Source: Candidatus Levyibacteriota bacterium
GTDB taxonomy: Bacteria > Patescibacteriota > Microgenomatia > Levybacterales > GWA1-39-11
Reading direction: 5' to 3'
Assembly (NCBI GenBank): GCA_036788695.1
Contig: DAIQMY010000002.1
Location: 66,394 to 130,393, forward strand
DNA length: 64,000 bases
Part shown: positions 58,081 through 64,000 of the stretch, one piece after another
Position numbering within the stretch: the stretch's first letter is position 1
Layout of the letters: every line of letters begins with the position of its first letter
Made by a program: the position numbers and the translations under genes
The notes under the pieces: generated by a model
What the model saw: only the letters and a program-made list of their open reading frames with translations
Database searches by the model: none
Told to the model about the DNA's origin: nothing

Positions 58081-60684
58081 ATGCTAAAGCTAAAGTTTAA
58101 TCCCAACCTAGACTACCAGCAGGACGCGATAAAAGCGGTAACAGATATTTTTGAAGGGCAGGTAAAGACAGAGAAGAAGCATATTTTCCAAGTTATACCC
58201 AACAAGCTCACTTTAGAAAAAGACATGCTCTTGGCAAACCTCCAGACTGTACAGGAAAACAATAATCTAAAAAAAAGTCAAGATTTTACTACACCTCTTA
58301 ACATAACTCTAGAGATGGAAACGGGTACCGGTAAAACCTATGTCTACCTACGCTCTATTTTAGAGTTATATCAAAAATACGGATTTTCTAAGTATATTAT
58401 CGTCGTTCCAACCGTAGCAATTAAAGAGGGTGTATTGAAGTCGTTGAGTATCACCAAAGACCATTTTAAAGGTCTGTATAACAATCTGTCCTACGAGTAT
58501 TACGAGTACGTATCTACTAAGCTAATAACAGTTCGAATGTTTGCACAATCCTCACATCTACAAATAATGATTATTACCAAGGATGCATTTAATAAAGATA
58601 AAAATATCATCCATAACAGCCACGACCGCATGGGAGATAAGCCAATTTCTCTTATTCAGAAAACCAACCCCATTGTTATCTTGGACGAACCACAAAAGAT
58701 GGGTGGAGAGGCAACTCAGTGGGGCATAAAAGAGCTAAATCCTCTCATTGTGCTTAGATATTCTGCAACACATAGGGATATTGAAAATTTGGTTTACAAG
58801 CTTACTCCATTTGATGCCTATGCGAAAGGTTTAGTTAAAAAAATTGAGCTAGCAACTGTTGTGGAGGAGAGTGACCCAAATACAAAAAAAATAATTCTGG
58901 AAAACATATATTCCTCTGGAGTTAGTCTTAAAGCAAAGTTAAAAGTGTTTATTAAACAAGCAGCATCCGTGCAACTTAAAACCATTACTGTAGGTTCTGG
59001 GGATAATTTAGCAACTAAGTCTAAAAACCCTTACTATGATGGGTTTATCGTCTCCGAAATTAATCTAGGTAATAGCTACATACTCTTTTCAAATGGACTA
59101 AAGGTATTCGTGGGACAGTCGTCCGTAAACGAGGACGAAATAGTACGGATGATGGTGCGAGAAATAGTCTTAGAGCATTTGGAAAAAAAGCGAAAGTTTA
59201 ATCCTTTGGGGATTAAGACCCTTTCCCTTTTCTTTATCCACCGTGTAGATGATTACCTGCCTGTAGATGGGTGGCTACGCAAGATGTTTGAAGAAGAATA
59301 CCTGAAGGCTACAAATTCAAATTACCAAGAGTTTAAGACCACTCGACCAGACAGGGTACACTCTGGGTACTTCTCGGAGATGAAAAAAACCTCCTCAATT
59401 GAAAATGACGAAAAAGCTTATGAACTGATTATGAAAGACAAGGAAAAATTACTATCCTTAGATAATCCCGTGGAGTTTATTTTTTCACATTCTGCCCTGC
59501 GTGAAGGATGGGACAATCCCAATATCTTTAACATCTGTACCTTGGCATATTCAACTTCTGATATTAAAAAAAGACAGGAAATTGGACGAGGTTTACGCCT
59601 GGTGGTAAATCAACAGGGAGACCGCATATACGACCGAGATATAAACATCCTTACAGTCGTTACTAATGAGAGTTATCAGAATTACGTATCAGAATTACAG
59701 ACTGAGTTTAGGGATGATGCAGGAGAAAGTGCTCCGCCGATAGAACACAAGAAAAAACGAGTGAGTTTAGCCTTAAAAGATGATGCAGTAGCTAATAAGA
59801 GCTTTTTGAGCCTTTGGCAGCTGTTAGCAAGGCGAGCTAAGTTTGTCGTTTCCATGCAGGAAGAGGAAATAGTAAGCAAGTGTATAGACGAGATTAACAA
59901 AATTGACGAAAGCAGTATACGTGAGATACGGGTACGCATTACTAAAACTGGAATAGACACCCTTTTACTGGATGACATTAGAGGAAATATAGTTAGTGAC
60001 CGAAGCTATGAAACCGGAAATGCTAAACACTTACCAAACATTATTATGCTTCTCCAGGCTGATACAAAATTAACCAAGAAAACTTTGTTAGCAATACTGC
60101 AAAGAGTAAGTAATTTTGACCTGTTTTTTAAAAACTCTTATCAGTACTCAAGTCTCGTTTCTTCTGCCATAAAAACCGTTACATCAGACTTAGCATCTAA
60201 GGATATTAGTTATTTAGAGATTAACGACGATTATGGATTGTCGCTTTTTAATAAAGAAGTCCAAACTTACGAAAAATACTTAGTAAAGTTGGAGAACGCT
60301 AAAACCCTTTATAAAACTAATAACAACGGACAAATAGACGCAGTGATAATTGACCCTAGTCCATCTGCAGAAGGTGTATCACAACCAGAAAAAAAGTTTG
60401 CTGAGCAGGCAGACCGTAACGATACTGTCAAGTTTTTCTTTAAGCTTCCAGATACCTATTCTATAGAAACTCCTGCAGGGAAATATACGCCAGACTGGGC
60501 GTTAGTTGTAGAAAATAGTGATAAAGCTCAAGTTTATTTTGTTGCGGAAACTAAGGATACTAACAACATTAGTAGCCTCCGCCAAGAAGAGCAGATAAAA
60601 ATTCTTTCTGCACGAGCTATGTTTAAAAAAATTATGCCAGAGGTTATTTTCAAGGCTCCTGTAAGCGAATTTAGTGATTTATAG
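58081..60684 (+). CDS. res: Type III restriction enzyme Res subunit (SF2 helicase plus C-terminal PD-(D/E)xK nuclease)
   Basis: LEMETGTGKTYV is the Walker A. ILDEPQKM is motif II. C-terminal YTPDWALVVEN...FVAETKD is the PD...ExK nuclease motif. Immediately follows mod. Confidence 0.8.
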   Translation: MLKLKFNPNLDYQQDAIKAVTDIFEGQVKTEKKHIFQVIPNKLTLEKDMLLANLQTVQENNNLKKSQDFTTPLNITLEMETGTGKTYVYLRSILELYQKYGFSKYIIVVPTVAIKEGVLKSLSITKDHFKGLYNNLSYEYYEYVSTKLITVRMFAQSSHLQIMIITKDAFNKDKNIIHNSHDRMGDKPISLIQKTNPIVILDEPQKMGGEATQWGIKELNPLIVLRYSATHRDIENLVYKLTPFDAYAKGLVKKIELATVVEESDPNTKKIILENIYSSGVSLKAKLKVFIKQAASVQLKTITVGSGDNLATKSKNPYYDGFIVSEINLGNSYILFSNGLKVFVGQSSVNEDEIVRMMVREIVLEHLEKKRKFNPLGIKTLSLFFIHRVDDYLPVDGWLRKMFEEEYLKATNSNYQEFKTTRPDRVHSGYFSEMKKTSSIENDEKAYELIMKDKEKLLSLDNPVEFIFSHSALREGWDNPNIFNICTLAYSTSDIKKRQEIGRGLRLVVNQQGDRIYDRDINILTVVTNESYQNYVSELQTEFRDDAGESAPPIEHKKKRVSLALKDDAVANKSFLSLWQLLARRAKFVVSMQEEEIVSKCIDEINKIDESSIREIRVRITKTGIDTLLLDDIRGNIVSDRSYETGNAKHLPNIIMLLQADTKLTKKTLLAILQRVSNFDLFFKNSYQYSSLVSSAIKTVTSDLASKDISYLEINDDYGLSLFNKEVQTYEKYLVKLENAKTLYKTNNNGQIDAVIIDPSPSAEGVSQPEKKFAEQADRNDTVKFFFKLPDTYSIETPAGKYTPDWALVVENSDKAQVYFVAETKDTNNISSLRQEEQIKILSARAMFKKIMPEVIFKAPVSEFSDL

Positions 60685-60689
60685 CATTT

Positions 60690-61418
60690 ATGAACAAATT
60701 TAAGACGTCGGCAATAACAATTCTGACTGAGGCAGGCAATCCTTTGCACTATAAGGAAATTACTCGTCTTGCCCTGGACAAAGGTATTTTAGAGACTGAG
60801 GGTGCTACTCCAGATGCTTCTATGAATGCTCAGATAGTAATGGAAATTAAGAACAAAGGGAAACTATCAGATTTTATTAGAACTGCACCTTCTACTTATG
60901 CCCTTAACCCTGACAAGTCAAAGGTAACAACAGAATTAGAAGAGGAAGAGCTATTGGAAGAAAAGTTAGTAGTCGGTAGTGGCTACATCGGTAAAGCTGG
61001 CGAGTTTTTAGTCTGTAGCGAATTACTATTCAGAGGCTATAACGCTAGTATTATGAGTGTGGATACAGGTGTAGACATAGTTGCTACAAAGGAAAATCGC
61101 CTTTATGGTGTACAGGTTAAGACAGCTAGATTAAATGACTATAACACCTACGTATTTGACGTTCGAAGAGTATCTTTTGATAGACATAATAATGGTAATA
61201 CTTTTTATATTTTTGTACTTTACAGTGAGAAAAAAACCAACTTTCTTATTCTTCCTTATTTTGAGATTGAAAAAAAAGTTCATGATGGAGCTGTTTTGGA
61301 AGTTGGACATGGGTTGCGTTACCGAATAAATATAAAGTTAAGAAATAATAATGTGTATCTTGGCACTCTAGACCACGAAATGAATTACTTCTTGAACAAT
61401 TGGTCTGTTCTTAAGTAA
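60690..61418 (+). CDS. HARE-HTH (winged-helix) N-terminal domain fused to a PD-(D/E)xK / Hjc-like nuclease domain. R-M-associated accessory nuclease candidate.
   Basis: N-terminus ITILTEAGNPLHYKEITRLALDKGIL...GATPDASMNAQI resembles the HARE-HTH of RpoE-delta, Mrr and HB1. C-terminus GEFLVCSELLFRGYNA...VDTGVDIVA...LYGVQVKTA carries an E...D...(Q/E)xK pattern. Confidence 0.45.
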   Translation: MNKFKTSAITILTEAGNPLHYKEITRLALDKGILETEGATPDASMNAQIVMEIKNKGKLSDFIRTAPSTYALNPDKSKVTTELEEEELLEEKLVVGSGYIGKAGEFLVCSELLFRGYNASIMSVDTGVDIVATKENRLYGVQVKTARLNDYNTYVFDVRRVSFDRHNNGNTFYIFVLYSEKKTNFLILPYFEIEKKVHDGAVLEVGHGLRYRINIKLRNNNVYLGTLDHEMNYFLNNWSVLK

Positions 61419-61599
61419 CAAAACAACTTTAACATCTGATTCAAATTCTTATTTGTAAAAACTCCAGGGCTAGATAAAGATTCTTCTTGACCCTCTGATT
61501 AAAAAAGTTTATATTCAATGGGAAGACATAGAAATCCCTTTTAATTAACGGTGTTTAGTAAAAGAGATTGAAGCTAAGAGCGGGTTATGTCTATAAAAT

Positions 61600-61617
61600 C
61601 CCCGCCTTCCTTGGGCA
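61600..61617 (+). repeat. Direct repeat copy 3 (CCCCGCCTTCCTtgGgCA, diverged). In frame it reads K-I-P-A-F-L-G-Q-R-N-stop.
   Basis: 12 identical nt plus similar flanks. About 27 of 33 nt match the ftsZ terminal codons. Confidence 0.6.
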
Positions 61618-61742
61618 GAGAAATTAAAGTAACCAGTTTTATTGAGAGAAGAATTTAATCAGCTCACCTGGTTTTTCCTGCAGATTTAGATTTAAATTAT
61701 TTTTGTTGAAATTTAATTTTTTTGAGAGTAAAATTCACCCGT

Positions 61743-62338
61743 ATGCCAAATTGGTTAGAGAGAATGACAGAAAATGCGAGAAATGAAATAGCAGCCCGGA
61801 AAAACGCTGAGACTGCAAAAAGAGAACAAGAAAGAATCGCAAGGCAAAAAGATTTAAAACAGCTAAAAGTTATTGAGGAGCAGGGAAAGGCAATGAGAAA
61901 AGAAAATAATATTTTTTTAGCCTCAGTTGAGAGTGCATATCGTCCAATTATGCTTCTTTCTGACATTAAAAATGGTCCATGGAGAGGGGAGGTAAGATAG
62001 AAGTCTTTCGACAGGAACATACTTCTAGAAGATCTTATATATTGGGTCATACCTATGATGATGTATGGGTTGAGCAGAATAGTTATTATGGAGACACTGC
62101 TCATCCTGTAAAAAAGGGGACTTTTGTTGGACTTTCTTTCGAGGGCGCGAGAGGCAATTTTAAGATGAGTGTTTTCTCTTCATGTACGGATAGAATTGAG
62201 TTATGGAATGCGGACGCGAGTCGTGATGCCCTGCAGCAGGCGTTAGCAGATGAGACGAGTTATAGACTGCTTAATAATTTGCTTCCAGATCAACTTGACC
62301 CAAAAGCGCGGCGACTTTGGCGCTTGTTTAAGCACTAA
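61743..62338 (+). pseudogene. Possible single gene split by a -1 frameshift at a G-run (GAGAGGGGAGG, ~61985-61995). Unknown function.
   Basis: ORFs 61722..62000 and 61979..62338 overlap by 22 nt in adjacent frames. A one-nucleotide slip in GGGG joins ...NGPWRG to GGKIEVFRQEH... Confidence 0.3.
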
Positions 62339-62416
62339 AGGGGAGTTTTTGCATTTTTGAAGCTATAAATTGAATTTAGGTTGTAAAATCAGTATTATTT
62401 AAGTATAATCCCCTGT

Positions 62417-62647
62417 ATGTTGAAAAAAATCATTTATGTTATCTTAATTTTAGTTTTGGCATTTTTTGTTCTTATCCCATCATCTGTAGATGCTGTTACC
62501 CGCGTAAGGGGTTATTACAGAAAAAATGGTACATATGTTGCCCCTTATTTTAGAAGTGATAGGAGCAGCACTAAATTTGATAACTATAGTACTAAAGGAA
62601 ATATAAACCCCTATACTGGTAAAAGAGGCACGGTTAACCTTTATTAA
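62417..62647 (+). CDS. Small secreted protein (signal peptide + 50 aa, Tyr/Arg-rich)
   Basis: 76-aa ORF with an N-terminal hydrophobic signal (IIYVILILVLAFFVLIPSSVDA). Confidence 0.3.
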   Translation: MLKKIIYVILILVLAFFVLIPSSVDAVTRVRGYYRKNGTYVAPYFRSDRSSTKFDNYSTKGNINPYTGKRGTVNLY

Positions 62648-62808
62648 TAGTAAAATGTTTCCAGTCTCAAGCGCAAGTGTTTTACCATAGTTTATTAAAA
62701 TATTTTCATAAATCACTAGACTTTAAATTTTATATCTGTTATAGTTTGCGGTAATAGTAGTACCTTTTCTGCAAAGAATGCACACGCGATATTGATGTTT
62801 ATTACAAA

Positions 62809-64000
62809 ATGGTCGAAAAAGAAGCTAACTATCACTCCTCGGAAGAGTCTTTGAGTCCTCAGTCTAATAGTCAAAGACTATTTAAGAAAGCAGTTGGTCT
62901 TTACCCAGCTCTTGCAGTTAATCCACTTATTGAGCGCGCCAAATTTCAGATTAAATTCCAAGAGCATGATCTTGCCCACCAAACCCTCAAGCTTATACAA
63001 GACCCAAATGAGTCAGTAGGGGATATTTTTATCCAACTATCTAGTTTAAAGATAGGAGAAGGGAATACAGATGAGGCCATTACGTTGCTTGATGAGGCTG
63101 TTGAAAATGTAAAAAAAACGAAGGTAGCAGATCCATACGGTCTAATGTCAGATTTAGTATTATCTGAGGTTGTAGATAATTTTGCGAAAATTGGGAAACT
63201 AGATCGCATCCTGTCCGTGATTAATGTGTATGATGATAGAGATACAGATAGAGATAGTGAAATAGTTCATGCAGCAAATGAGTTAGCAAGAAATGGCTAT
63301 GAAATGCAAGCTATTCAAGCAGCATCATTGTTGGAAGAGAAAAAAAAACCATCTGTTTTGCGTAGGATTGAGAATATTAAATTAGGAAAAGATGACTCTG
63401 AGCTTGTTAAGAATTTTCGCGATCTGGACGGTACGTCTGATGATGCAAAATTGTGTGCTTTGCTTGCGGATTCAGAAATGGCATTTGAATCTGGGAATCT
63501 GGAGCATGCCAGAGAGTTACTTACTCTTTTTACAAAAGAGTATTCCCCTAACAGAAACCACATTGAATTAAAATCAGAAAGAGCATTTTTTGATTTTGCG
63601 GTTGAAAAAATGGGAGAAACAGATTTAGAGTTAACGTTCTTAGATAAATTAAAACCCGATATTGAGATAATAAATGCATATTGCGATGTTGCAAAGGCCC
63701 AATTCCTGTCTGAAAATGCTGATTCTGCAAAAGCAACAGTAAGTCTCTCTAAAGTTAAATTAGGAGAGATGCTAGAAAATAAAGCCTTAGAAACTTATAG
63801 GTTTGATGCTGAGTTGGATATAATTGCAACCCAAATAGCAATTGGGGAGGCAGATAAAGCATTTGATAGACTGGACAAGCTAGCGCCCGAGTTGGCTCGC
63901 GAAGACTTAACTGTTTTGATAGGTGAATTATTTGATCGGGGTAATATTGACCTCATTCCTTTTTTAATTAATTTATCCAAAGAGCCGATGGTTCGCGACA
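62809..64000 (+). CDS. Hypothetical alpha-helical protein, 3' end outside the window
   Basis: Frame opens at the ATG at 62809 and has no stop to nt 64000. Not in the supplied track, which lists only stop-terminated ORFs. The antisense ORFs listed there are probably shadows. Confidence 0.4.
   Translation, partial: MVEKEANYHSSEESLSPQSNSQRLFKKAVGLYPALAVNPLIERAKFQIKFQEHDLAHQTLKLIQDPNESVGDIFIQLSSLKIGEGNTDEAITLLDEAVENVKKTKVADPYGLMSDLVLSEVVDNFAKIGKLDRILSVINVYDDRDTDRDSEIVHAANELARNGYEMQAIQAASLLEEKKKPSVLRRIENIKLGKDDSELVKNFRDLDGTSDDAKLCALLADSEMAFESGNLEHARELLTLFTKEYSPNRNHIELKSERAFFDFAVEKMGETDLELTFLDKLKPDIEIINAYCDVAKAQFLSENADSAKATVSLSKVKLGEMLENKALETYRFDAELDIIATQIAIGEADKAFDRLDKLAPELAREDLTVLIGELFDRGNIDLIPFLINLSKEPMVRD

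Larger units (their letters stand above)
52665..61618. mobile_element. Putative integrated island(s) at the ftsZ 3' end, bounded by ftsZ-tail direct repeats. Carries defence/TA cargo. No integrase retained.
   Basis: The repeats above. The cargo is accessory-like: Doc, PIN remnant, interrupted gene, excisionase-like HTH, type III R-M, HARE-HTH nuclease. It abuts a conserved housekeeping operon. Confidence 0.45.

Noticed and set aside
62946-63980. Four minus-strand ORFs (62946..63209, 63315..63563, 63548..63736, 63795..63980)
   Set aside because: All lie antisense to a single long open + frame (62809 to beyond 64000) with coding-like composition, so they are probably antisense shadows.
1-64000. 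tRNA, rRNA or CRISPR arrays in intergenic gaps (23043-23192, 24333-24431, 49757-50042, 51321-51525, 62339-62808)
   Set aside because: No cloverleaf-compatible sequences with conserved GTTC/TPsiC features and no regularly spaced direct repeats were seen. These gaps look like AT-rich promoter regions.

Overview
This 64 kb window is low-GC, tightly packed and mostly on the + strand. Many genes overlap as ATGA, where TGA is the stop, so the standard bacterial code applies. The minimal gene content and many huge membrane proteins suggest a CPR/Patescibacteria-like genome; that is an inference. It has four parts. (1) 1-27.3 kb is a surface-glycan biosynthesis island. It holds a dTDP-3-acetamido-3,6-dideoxyhexose module (a WxcM-like acetyltransferase-isomerase fusion plus a DegT aminotransferase), a sugar C-methyltransferase, at least six GT2 and five GT4 glycosyltransferases and a truncated GT4 copy. 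It also has several very large polytopic membrane proteins (GT-C/YfhO/Wzy-like), a ManC-like nucleotidyltransferase and a PglC-like initiating phosphoglycosyltransferase. (2) recO-like and glyQS follow. (3) 32.1-52.7 kb is a compact division/cell-wall (dcw) cluster: mraZ-rsmH-ftsL-ftsI ... murC-like-murA-glmU-like ... mraY-ftsW-murG-ftsQ-like-ftsA-ftsZ. Two blocks on the minus strand interrupt it. One is an RmlC-like cupin. The other is a five-gene operon: a processive GT2 synthase, a 64-aa sorting-signal-like peptide, a sortase, a secreted CE4 deacetylase with three CBM-like domains, and a secreted TIM-barrel glycoside hydrolase. I read this operon as a PNAG/chitin-like exopolysaccharide system coupled to a sortase. 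(4) Just 3' of ftsZ lie two more copies of the ftsZ 3' end, which encodes the C-terminal tail [10 protein letters not shown]. They flank first a 128-aa orphan ORF and then an ~8.5 kb defence island. The island holds a Doc/Fic toxin, a PIN-like remnant, a TGA-interrupted gene, an excisionase-like HTH, a type III R-M mod/res pair and a HARE-HTH plus PD-(D/E)xK nuclease. This looks like serial site-specific integration into the ftsZ 3' end. I found no rRNA, tRNA or CRISPR. All calls rest on motifs read by eye; nothing was searched against a database.
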